DNA of 18,789 bases from Moorena sp. SIO3B2 (GTDB lineage: Bacteria > Cyanobacteriota > Cyanobacteriia > Cyanobacteriales > Coleofasciculaceae). Shown here piece after piece: positions 8,629 through 16,583 of the stretch. A program made the translations under genes and the position numbers. Numbering within the stretch: the stretch's first letter is position 1; every line of letters starts with the position of its first letter. A model generated the notes under the pieces. The model had not been told where the DNA came from, ran no database searches, and was given only the letters and a program-made list of their open reading frames with translations. The DNA is taken from the NCBI RefSeq assembly GCF_010692525.1, contig NZ_JAAHHE010000120.1, forward strand, positions 1 to 18,789. Direction: 5' to 3'.

Positions 8629-8973
8629 CTACATGTCCATTACATCCAACCCCTCTGATGGCATAATCTTTCCCCCAAACGACTTAACTACATCTTCAAA
8701 CAAGGGCATATCATCCTGTGGGATTTCCACTACTACTACCATTTTGGCATATTCCTCTGCTCCTTCTTCCTTGTATTCTATTTGCTCGAAGGGCAGGTCT
8801 GTTGTCCAATCGTCTGAATTGCTATCAATCATAGGGACGTTGGGCAACAGTTCTTCAACTGGGATAGCGCGAGGTTTAAAAGGCAGATCGACGCAAAATC
8901 GAGGCAGTGCCTGATGAGAAAAATTAACGAAATCCACGGGATTGCTAAACACGACTGAAACTTGGACTTTCAT
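8629..8973 (-). CDS. Hypothetical protein (114 aa, acidic)
   Basis: ORF on the same strand, 142 nt upstream of the 7293-8486 gene. The overlapping plus-strand ORF is S/T-rich low complexity and less plausible. Confidence 0.45.
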   Translation of the reverse strand: MKVQVSVVFSNPVDFVNFSHQALPRFCVDLPFKPRAIPVEELLPNVPMIDSNSDDWTTDLPFEQIEYKEEGAEEYAKMVVVVEIPQDDMPLFEDVVKSFGGKIMPSEGLDVMDM

Positions 8974-9158
8974 AATCTATGCTATGGTATTAAATCTATT
9001 GAGACTAAGTTGAATTAATACATCATAGCAAAGATGAGCAGTGAGACAGCCTCTGACTTCCAGTCATGGCAAATCTGGGTCTAATACCCCCGTTAACCAA
9101 ACTGGTAATATGAACATTATATTGTATCGCAATGACTCAATTTAGGAATTGATGCCTG

Positions 9159-9554
9159 GTGAATAAAGACGTATCAAGGAGTTTGGTTTACGAGTTCCAG
9201 CCTCATCAGATTATTTGTTTAGAGCATGACAATACTCGTTTATACGCTGAAGTGATCGAATTTGTGTCATCGCGACAAATGTGTTGGGTGCGTTCTATGA
9301 TATTGGTCACCTTGCATAGTCAAGAGCCTGTGCCAGTGGAACTCCCTGAACAGCTTACTCTTTACGACCTACGCTCTGGACCGGATTTACTTTGGCCAGC
9401 GAGTTTATTACGACTAGCCTTAGACACTGAAGTAATTCCCCTCTTGGTTCGGTTAGATGACCCTGATGTCAATGTAGAAAGTGACCCTGATGCTCGCCAG
9501 CAACTAAGTTATTTTATCTGTGCAGTTTGGCAAGCTTATCCTGAAAAGTTTTAA
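9159..9554 (+). CDS. Hypothetical protein (131 aa)
   Basis: ORF divergent from the 8629-8973 gene. A weak hairpin acccct-N22-aggggtttt follows at about 9634-9672. No family is recognised. Confidence 0.45.
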   Translation: MNKDVSRSLVYEFQPHQIICLEHDNTRLYAEVIEFVSSRQMCWVRSMILVTLHSQEPVPVELPEQLTLYDLRSGPDLLWPASLLRLALDTEVIPLLVRLDDPDVNVESDPDARQQLSYFICAVWQAYPEKF

Positions 9555-9706
9555 GTTTTTTTAATGGTTAATCGGTAATAGGACTTTGCCAACTCAATGG
9601 TGATCTGATCACGACTCAAGCAGTAGCAAGTCAGACCCCTTAGGAGAGTAAACTAAAGTTGTAGGGGTTTTGCCACATGTAGCTGTCAGAGCTTGCCCCA
9701 ACCCTG

Positions 9707-9743
9707 AAAGTCATGGCTAAAAGTCATGGCTAAAAGTCATGGA
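9707..9743. repeat. 13-nt tandem repeat aaagtcatggcta, about 2.8 copies
   Basis: Read directly from the sequence. Confidence 0.8.
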
Positions 9744-9794
9744 GTAGTTACCAAGCCTCCGAGCTGGTCTAGCCTTAGTTTATAACCACTTTTT

Positions 9795-9989
9795 CTAGTG
9801 ACTCGGAACTAGCTGTACACGACCAGCATCCATCTCAGACATTAATAATTCCAGTGCTTCGTAATCCACATCAGAGATGTAACCAGTTTGAGTTAGTTCG
9901 TAGTTAATTGCATTTTCTATATCAGGAGTCAATTTCCTAATATAGAGGGCTTTTTCTACTAGTTGACGAATAACAAATGTAGTTTTCAC
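9795..9989 (-). CDS. Small hypothetical protein (64 aa)
   Basis: ORF only. No recognisable motif. It may be spurious. Confidence 0.3.
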   Translation of the reverse strand: MKTTFVIRQLVEKALYIRKLTPDIENAINYELTQTGYISDVDYEALELLMSEMDAGRVQLVPSH

Positions 9990-10214
9990 AATTACTTACC
10001 CACAATTCCATATAACTTTATTGTCTTCTGAAATTACTAGCCACTATAGTGATCTTTATCTTATTGGGATGTGATCTAAATCACTGATGAGGTGGATTGG
10101 TACTCTCTGACATATATATTACATATATATTATATGCCTTTTGGACTTAACTCAGAAAGCTTAACCTGAACGGAAGAAGCTATGCCGTTTCAAGGGTTAG
10201 AGGTATTGAAGTTT

Positions 10215-10336
10215 AGGTGCGACCCGTTCGCGTAGCGTTGGCAAAGCCAATAGGTGCGACCCAAGGGCGATTTATTCGCCCTTGGAGGCGCGCACCAATA
10301 GGTGCGAATTTAATTCTTAATGGGTCAAGCGCACCT
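10215..10336. repeat. Cluster of three (a)ggtgcga-type units. The third unit, 10301-10335, is the reverse complement of the copy at 14353-14397. The second unit contains the palindrome aagggcgatttattcgccctt
   Basis: The string ggtgcgaatttaattcttaatgggtcaagcgcacc reverse-complements to ggtgcgcttgacccattaagaattaaattcgcacc, which matches 14353-14397 apart from a 9-nt indel. Confidence 0.7.
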
Positions 10337-10681
10337 AAGGCAGTTATAAGGACATACTGCTTAGTACTACTTGCCTCTACACCCTAGTTAACGTTATACT
10401 TATCTAAGGCTAAACATTTGGCTCAAGCCTATAACAAAAAGTATTATATTTCTATGTCAGGGCAGCTCTATTTAGTTAACGTAACAAAAATTATTAAAAT
10501 TTAATCCCTACTTATAGGCATCAACTGAGCCATGCTCTTAGCAACTTAGACCATCGGAAATGAAAAATAAATTACTTAACTTGAAAAAAAGTAATATATG
10601 ATACATTTTGATGGTAAGTTTAATGAAGATTTCAAAAACCATTAGCAATCTGTAAAGATTCGGCAAAGTCTATCAGAAGTG

Positions 10682-10706
10682 GTATGGAATTAGCGAAATT
10701 CCATAC
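10682..10706. promoter_or_regulatory. Perfect 10-bp inverted repeat gtatggaatt-N5-aattccatac, a candidate operator upstream of the STAS gene
   Basis: The palindrome lies 60-85 nt upstream of ATG 10766. An SD-like gaggag sits 7 nt before the ATG. Confidence 0.4.
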
Positions 10707-10765
10707 TATCTTCAATATATTCTCTATAAAATTTTATTGGATTTGACCAAGTGAGGAGTCTACTC

Positions 10766-11098
10766 ATGACACAGGCGACCCTGAGTGCAAAATTAAGAAT
10801 TATTCAACCTTCCGGTCATATTAACGCTTCTAATGCAATTGAGTTTAAAAGTCAGTTGACAGAAGCTGTGGTGGCTGCTGAGGATTCGGCTTTGTTGGTT
10901 GATATGCATCAGTTAGAGTCTCTCGACAGTGCTGGCTTAATGGCCTTAATTCATGGTCTGAAGCTAGCAAGAAGTCTAGAGAGGCGCTTTGGTCTTTGCT
11001 CCGTAGCTCCTTCAATTCGAATTATGCTGGAGCTAACTAAATTAGATGGGGTGTTTGAGATTTTTGACAGCCATGAGGCTTTTGCTACAGCCCTCTAG
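10766..11098 (+). CDS. STAS-domain protein (SpoIIAA-like anti-sigma-factor antagonist)
   Basis: 110 aa from the ATG with a GAGGAG ribosome-binding site. Sequence ...LVDMHQLESLDSAGLMALIHGLKLARS... is typical of STAS. The track start at 10751 is a GTG upstream of the SD. Confidence 0.8.
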   Translation: MTQATLSAKLRIIQPSGHINASNAIEFKSQLTEAVVAAEDSALLVDMHQLESLDSAGLMALIHGLKLARSLERRFGLCSVAPSIRIMLELTKLDGVFEIFDSHEAFATAL

Positions 11099-11344
11099 GG
11101 GGTTGGAGTAGGTTGGGAAGCTAACTCAATGGCTCTGAGTGCAGCAAAATCATAGGAAATCTTGGGAAGATTAAGTGCTTACAGCGATGATGATGGGAGG
11201 AGATAGGGAAATACCAGTTAAGAAGTATGGTGGTTATTATCTCCCTCACTTCATCCACCTTCACCCCCTTATCTCTAGCCTGAGTACTGATAAAATCAAA
11301 GGTGGATCAGGGTTAACTGCATTGAAAGCAGTAATAAAGTTTCT

Positions 11345-14245
11345 ATGGCAATCACTGTAGAGGAAATATTAACACCAGACATCAACAGACCAGCCCGTTA
11401 CTTAGGTAACGAGTTGGGAGCAGTCCATAAACCTTGGGAAGAAGCTGAGGTACGCTGGGTATTGACTTATCCAGAAATCTATGAAGTGGGGGCTTCTAAC
11501 TTAGGCCATATCATCCTCTACAATATATTGAATTATCAACCTAGGCAATTATGCGATCGCGCCTATCTACCTGCCCCAGACTTGGCAGCTAAATTACGTT
11601 CCACTCAAACCCCTCTGTTTGCTGTCGAGAATCGGCGACCTCTGAAAGATTTTGATATTATTGGCTTTAGCCTTAGCTATGAATTAGGGGCAACCAACAT
11701 CTTGGAAATGTTGGATTTGGGAGGAATTCCCCTGACCTGGAAAGACCGTGCTCAGTTTGATATATCGGAAATACCCCTAATTTTTGCAGGTGGACAAACG
11801 GCGACATCGAATCCTGAACCCTATGCTGATTTCTTAGATTTTGTTGATCTTGGCGATGGGGAAGAATTGTTGCCAGAGATTGGCTTAGTAATCGAAGAAG
11901 GCAAAGCAGCTGGCTTAAGTCGAGAAGCGTTACTCCTGGATTTGGCTCAGATACCAGGGGTGTATGTCCCCCAATTCTATGATATGACTGAGGATGGCTC
12001 AGTTAAACCCAACCGCCCTGATGTGCCGAAGCGGATTTTGCGGCGTGTGGCTACACCGATGCCTGCCTATGCTATTGGACTAGTACCCTATATCCAAACG
12101 GTTCATGACCGACTCAAGATCGAAGTGCGACGGGGCTGTACTCGGGGTTGTCGCTTCTGCCAACCTGGGATGCTGACTCGACCAGCGCGGGATGTGGAAC
12201 CAGAAAAAGTGGTGGAAGCTATTGAACAAGGGATGCGTGCTACAGGGTATAACGAGTTTTCCCTTCTATCCCTGAGTTGTTCGGATTACCTGGCTCTACC
12301 AGCGGTGGGGATGGAAATCAAAAATCGTCTTAAGGATCAGAATATTTCCTTGTCCCTACCGAGTCAGCGGGTAGACCGCTTTGATGAGAATATTGCCAAT
12401 ATCCTAGGGGGCAATCGGCAGAGTGGCTTGACCTTTGCCCCAGAAGCAGGAACTCAGCGGATGCGGGATATTGTTAATAAGGGACTGACTAATGAAGAAC
12501 TGCTCAGGGGAGTAAAGACGGCATTTGAGCAAGGCTGGGAGAAAGTCAAGCTCTATTTTATGATTGGTTTGCCCGGTGAAACGGATATGGATGTGTTGGG
12601 GATTGCGGAAACGGTGCGTTGGTTGCAGCAGGAGTGCCGTGCTAAAGGCAGAAAAACCATTAAGTTTAACATAACTGTTTCTAATTTTACCCCAAAACCT
12701 CACACCCCATTCCAGTGGCATTCCGTATCGACTTCGGAGTTTGAACGCAAGCAGGAATTACTCAAACAAGTATTTGGTCAGATCAGGGGGGTGAAGGTTA
12801 ATTACACCGATGTTCGGATTTCGGCCATGGAAGATTTCGTGGGACGGGGTGACAGACGCTTAAGTGCGGTGGTGCGCCGTGCTTGGGAATTGGGGGCAGG
12901 GATGGACTCCTGGATGGAAAGCTTGGATCGGGCATTTGCTGCTTGGGAAAATGCGATCGCTTCATCAGGTCTGACCTGGAAATATCGCCAAGTAGAAAAT
13001 GGCGAATGGAACGTGATGGCGGGTGTAGAAGAGTTGCAAGTTGGAAGGTTGTTCGCGAAGCGTGGCCAAAAGGCCAAGGTTGAAAGTTCAGAGCAACCAG
13101 CTAACCTACAACCAGCTAACCTACAACCAACTAACCGACAACCAACTAACCGACAACCAACTAACCTTCAACCAGCTAACCTTCAACCAACTAACCTTCA
13201 ACCAACTAACCTTCAACCTTCTAACCTTCAACCTTCTAACCTTCAACCTTCTAACCTTCAACCTTCTAACCTTCAACCAGCTAACCTTCAACCAGCTAAC
13301 CTTCAACCGTCAACCCTTAACGCCCTTGATGCTCCCTTGCCTTGGGATCATATTGATACGGGAATTGATAAGAATTGGCTCAAGGAAGATTTACAACGGG
13401 CGTTAGATGCAGCAACGGTACCGGATTGTTCCTTTGATGGGTGTTCTCACTGTGGTGTGTGTGGGATTGATTTTGGTCATAATGTGGTGATTGACCCGCC
13501 ACAGATTCCGCAATTTGCTGGTCACTTTAAACCCAATACTAATAAGGATCAGCGGCTGCGGGTTTGGTTTGGAAAGTTGGGGGATATGACCTTGTTGGGT
13601 CATCTGGATTTGGCAAGTCTGTTTGAGAGAGCAGTAAGACGGGCGTCACTGCCAATTCGATATAGTGGGGGGTTTCGGGCTAATGCTCGGATTATGATTG
13701 CTAATGCGTTGCCCTTGGGAGCGTCTAGCAGTGGGGAGATTGTGGAGTTTGAGTTAACTGAGAAAATGCCAGTTGAGGAGTTTAGGGAAAGGCTGGTGTC
13801 TCAGTTGCCTGAAGAGATTCCGGTGTATGGGGTTGAAGCAGTGGATTTGAAGGAACCTGCGGGAACTCAGCTGTTGGAGAGAGCTGAGTATTTGATTCGA
13901 GTTGAGGTAATATCAGAAGCGTCTTGGGAAGAGTGGCAGGGTTGGATTGAAGCAATCAAAGGTAGTAAGGAAATTTGGTGGGAGCGGTTTACGAAGTCGG
14001 GGAAGAAGCAGTGGGTGAATTTATGCGATCGCTTATTTGACTTCGAGGTGATCGAACCCCAAAAATCCAAAGATGGTGAAGAGGAGGTTGCGGAGTCTGG
14101 GGTGGTTTTGCGGTATGTGGGGAGTTGTTTGAATGATGGCACGATGTTGCGACCAGAGCACATTATTTATATGTTGGAGCAGGTGGCGCAGCGGGAGTTT
14201 CGTTTGTTGCATGTTCATCGGCAACGGTTGATTCTGCGCAATTGA
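11345..14245 (+). CDS. Radical SAM protein (B12-binding-domain type, TIGR03960-like) fused to a C-terminal DUF2344-like domain, with a repeat-expanded linker
   Basis: 966 aa. It has the CxxxCxxC cluster RGCTRGCRFCQPGM. The N-terminus PARYLGNELGAVHKPW is typical of this rSAM family. The C-terminal ~270 aa after the repeats resemble DUF2344. Confidence 0.9.
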   Translation: MAITVEEILTPDINRPARYLGNELGAVHKPWEEAEVRWVLTYPEIYEVGASNLGHIILYNILNYQPRQLCDRAYLPAPDLAAKLRSTQTPLFAVENRRPLKDFDIIGFSLSYELGATNILEMLDLGGIPLTWKDRAQFDISEIPLIFAGGQTATSNPEPYADFLDFVDLGDGEELLPEIGLVIEEGKAAGLSREALLLDLAQIPGVYVPQFYDMTEDGSVKPNRPDVPKRILRRVATPMPAYAIGLVPYIQTVHDRLKIEVRRGCTRGCRFCQPGMLTRPARDVEPEKVVEAIEQGMRATGYNEFSLLSLSCSDYLALPAVGMEIKNRLKDQNISLSLPSQRVDRFDENIANILGGNRQSGLTFAPEAGTQRMRDIVNKGLTNEELLRGVKTAFEQGWEKVKLYFMIGLPGETDMDVLGIAETVRWLQQECRAKGRKTIKFNITVSNFTPKPHTPFQWHSVSTSEFERKQELLKQVFGQIRGVKVNYTDVRISAMEDFVGRGDRRLSAVVRRAWELGAGMDSWMESLDRAFAAWENAIASSGLTWKYRQVENGEWNVMAGVEELQVGRLFAKRGQKAKVESSEQPANLQPANLQPTNRQPTNRQPTNLQPANLQPTNLQPTNLQPSNLQPSNLQPSNLQPSNLQPANLQPANLQPSTLNALDAPLPWDHIDTGIDKNWLKEDLQRALDAATVPDCSFDGCSHCGVCGIDFGHNVVIDPPQIPQFAGHFKPNTNKDQRLRVWFGKLGDMTLLGHLDLASLFERAVRRASLPIRYSGGFRANARIMIANALPLGASSSGEIVEFELTEKMPVEEFRERLVSQLPEEIPVYGVEAVDLKEPAGTQLLERAEYLIRVEVISEASWEEWQGWIEAIKGSKEIWWERFTKSGKKQWVNLCDRLFDFEVIEPQKSKDGEEEVAESGVVLRYVGSCLNDGTMLRPEHIIYMLEQVAQREFRLLHVHRQRLILRN
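13094..13319 (+). repeat. 15 in-frame tandem copies of a 15-nt unit (caaccagctaacctt and variants), encoding (P[AST]N[LR]Q)x15 inside the rSAM gene
   Basis: Read directly. Unit variants are ..gct/act/tct.. and ..cta/cga/ctt... The repeat generates spurious ORFs on other frames (13041-13406 + and 13121-13306 -). Confidence 0.95.
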
Positions 14246-14352
14246 GAAATTTGGCGTTGCTGAATTAAGGTATGATTGGCTAAAAATGTGGCGTTGCTGA
14301 ATCAATCAATGAATATGAGTGGGGTGGACATCCTGCCTGCCCAAAAAGATCC

Positions 14353-14397
14353 GGTGCGCTTGACCCATTAAGAATTAAATTCGCCACGGGTCGCACC
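14353..14397. repeat. ggtgcg...cgcacc hairpin repeat copy, inverted relative to the 10301-10335 copy
   Basis: See 10215-10336. It shares its 3' half with the copy at 20-63. Confidence 0.7.
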
Positions 14398-14588
14398 GTC
14401 AGGAACGGGCAAGATGCCCATTCCACAAAACTATTCAAATCATTCCATTATTAAGCAACGCCTCAAAGAATGGTCTAAGGAAAAGAAAATCACTGCTTTG
14501 ATAAGGAAAGCCAATGGTACGGGAGTAATCAAAATTAGCCATTACCCATTACCAATAATTATCTTCTCACTGAGCTGGATTGATCTAG

Positions 14589-15458
14589 CTAACAATTATT
14601 ATTTTTAATCCTGCCATTAGGCATAATAGTGTTACAGAAAATAGCATCATTTAAGTCAGCCTTAGCTAATTTAGCCTTTTTAAGATTAGCATGGCTGAAA
14701 TTAGCCTCACTCAAATCAGCATCATGAAAGTCAACACCTTCTAAATTGGCATAACTTAGGTTGGCGGCTCTCAAGTCAGTATTATACAGTCTTGCACCAC
14801 TCAAATTAGCATGACTAAGGTTAGCGCCACACAGTTCTTCATAACCTAGGTTGACATTTTTCAAGTCTAAACCGCTTAAGTCAGCCTCGGCACAAATAAA
14901 GATTGCTCCGGCTTTTGATGGGTTAAATCCAGTCGGAAACTCAGTGTATGACGTATAGATAGCTTTGGTAAAATTTATACTACTCAGGTCAGCTTTTTTC
15001 CAGCCATCAACCCCTAGCATACGGGCATAACTGAGGTTAGCATTGCTCAGGTCAGAATCACCTACGTAAACCTCACATAAGGTAGCATAACTAAAATTGG
15101 CATCCCTGAGCTTACTAGTAGCTATATAGATTACAGATAAATCCGCATAACTCAGATCAGTACCACTAAAATCACAGTTTTCCAAGGTTGATTCAGAGGC
15201 TACTATATGACTCAAGTTAGCCTTAGTAAGGTTAGAATTTTCGATAGTGGTTTCGTATAGGTAAGCATTCCTCAAGTTAGCATGACTTAGATCTACATCA
15301 TCCCAAGTAGCTTCCTCTAAATCAGCATTACTCAAGTCCGCATTTTTTAGACAAACACCCTTGAAATTAGTACTTTTTAAGTTAGCCTTTTTCAAATTAA
15401 TACCAGAAAAATCTCTTTCACCGGCTTCGTAGCGTTTTAGGAAGTCATCACGATTCAT
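14589..15458 (-). CDS. Pentapeptide-repeat protein
   Basis: 289 aa. Continuous A(D/N)LSxANLxxA-type pentapeptide units run throughout. Confidence 0.9.
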   Translation of the reverse strand: MNRDDFLKRYEAGERDFSGINLKKANLKSTNFKGVCLKNADLSNADLEEATWDDVDLSHANLRNAYLYETTIENSNLTKANLSHIVASESTLENCDFSGTDLSYADLSVIYIATSKLRDANFSYATLCEVYVGDSDLSNANLSYARMLGVDGWKKADLSSINFTKAIYTSYTEFPTGFNPSKAGAIFICAEADLSGLDLKNVNLGYEELCGANLSHANLSGARLYNTDLRAANLSYANLEGVDFHDADLSEANFSHANLKKAKLAKADLNDAIFCNTIMPNGRIKNNNC

Positions 15459-16109
15459 AGTATGCCCCTTATTTGTTTAATATTAGATAGTAATCATCCT
15501 GATTATATCCTAAAAAAAAATATTAGTATTTTTAGAGGTTGGGTTAATGATTAATGGTTAATAGTTGTTAGTACTTAATGCTATCAAGCCTAATATAAGG
15601 TGGCCTCATACCTCATCGTTAATGTTCCGATCAGCAATCACATCTCCTATCCCAGGGGTTTGATGAAATTGCTCCCAACTCCATAAACTCAACGTAGTCA
15701 TAACGAGTTTGGGTTATTTTGGCAGAACAGAAAAAGAAAGGTTACTTTAGTTTTATAGCGAGTTCCTTTGCTGTCAGGTTACAAAATAGTTGATTGTTGA
15801 TTAGGCTTTAGGGATAAACCATGAACTATAGCAATCCTACATGAATCCTGATATTTCCTGATCCGAAGCTCCCTTGGTAAAACAATTTTGCTCACAACTG
15901 ACTTGGGATTTATATAGGCACAATACTGTATCTAAATACCTGAACATAAATGCTGTTAACTGTGTTGAAACCCTTAACGTTGTTCAACCCCTTTATGTTC
16001 TCGGTTCGCCGTTCCCTATTCCCTTATCTGATCAGTCAACTTTCATTGTGTATGACTACTTACGACCGATGAAGGCAACTTAGTAATCTAGTTCGATTAG
16101 ACCGAGACT

Positions 16110-16583
16110 ATGACTACAACTGAGCGTAAAACAGAGAAGAAAATGGAAGTGCCTAGAACAACTAGTGAAGTGATTCGCATCAAGCCCCAACAGTTTATTC
16201 ATGTGCTAGACAACAATACTGGTGTTACGCGACTGGAGGTTGGTCCTCAAACCATTACCCTTCGGGATCACGAGCGGCTGATCTTAAAACCTGAACCGAT
16301 GATTATTGTGCCGCCTCGATATTATTGTGTGGTGGCTAATCCATTACTCCGGGATGAAGACGGTCAACCCATTGCTGATCAGCATGGTCAAATTCGACTG
16401 CGCTACGGTGATCTGGAAATTCGTTTCGCGCAAGATCCGTTTCCCCTTTATCCAAACGAGAAACTGGTAGGGGATTTGACACTCCCCGTTCTTCTAGGAC
16501 GGGGAGTGTCAAAGGCAGAAAATATAGCCATTGAGTCTACAGGTCAGGCAACAGCAGAAGCAAGAGCTAAGGAATACTCTTAA
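16110..16583 (+). pseudogene. Major vault protein (MVP) homolog, N-terminal remnant (repeat domains 1-2) joined to a short cap-helix-like piece and then truncated
   Basis: IRIKPQQFIHVLDNNTGVTRLEVGP, VPPRYYCVVANP and [25 protein letters not shown] match the recalled MVP N-terminus ([25 protein letters not shown] / VPPRHYCTVANP / [25 protein letters not shown]). A full MVP is about 850 aa, so the middle is missing. Confidence 0.75.
16476..16512. repeat. Perfect palindrome ttgacactccccg-N11-cggggagtgtcaa with a 13-bp stem. It carries the same motif as the tnpB right-end hairpin at 5440-5470
   Basis: Read directly. It lies at the point where MVP N-terminal homology ends. Confidence 0.85.

Noticed and set aside
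8434-8914. ORFs 8434-8616(+) and 8606-8914(+)
   Set aside because: The second is S/T-rich low complexity and overlaps the more plausible minus-strand 8629-8973 ORF. The first spans the start of the 7293-8486 gene and intergenic DNA.
11175-11360. 61-aa ORF between the STAS and rSAM genes
   Set aside because: It overlaps the intergenic hairpin and the rSAM start, with no SD. Likely spurious.
12404-14305. Eight small ORFs on both strands within the rSAM gene, including 13041-13406(+) and 13121-13306(-) made of leucine/tryptophan repeats
   Set aside because: Alternative-frame translations of the rSAM gene and its 15-nt tandem repeat.
14414-14608. 64-aa ORF between the rSAM and pentapeptide genes
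   Set aside because: No SD and no recognisable features. It sits in convergent intergenic DNA. Low-probability small protein.
15874-16083. 69-aa ORF upstream of the MVP fragment
   Set aside because: No SD or motif. It more likely lies in the MVP promoter or 5' region.
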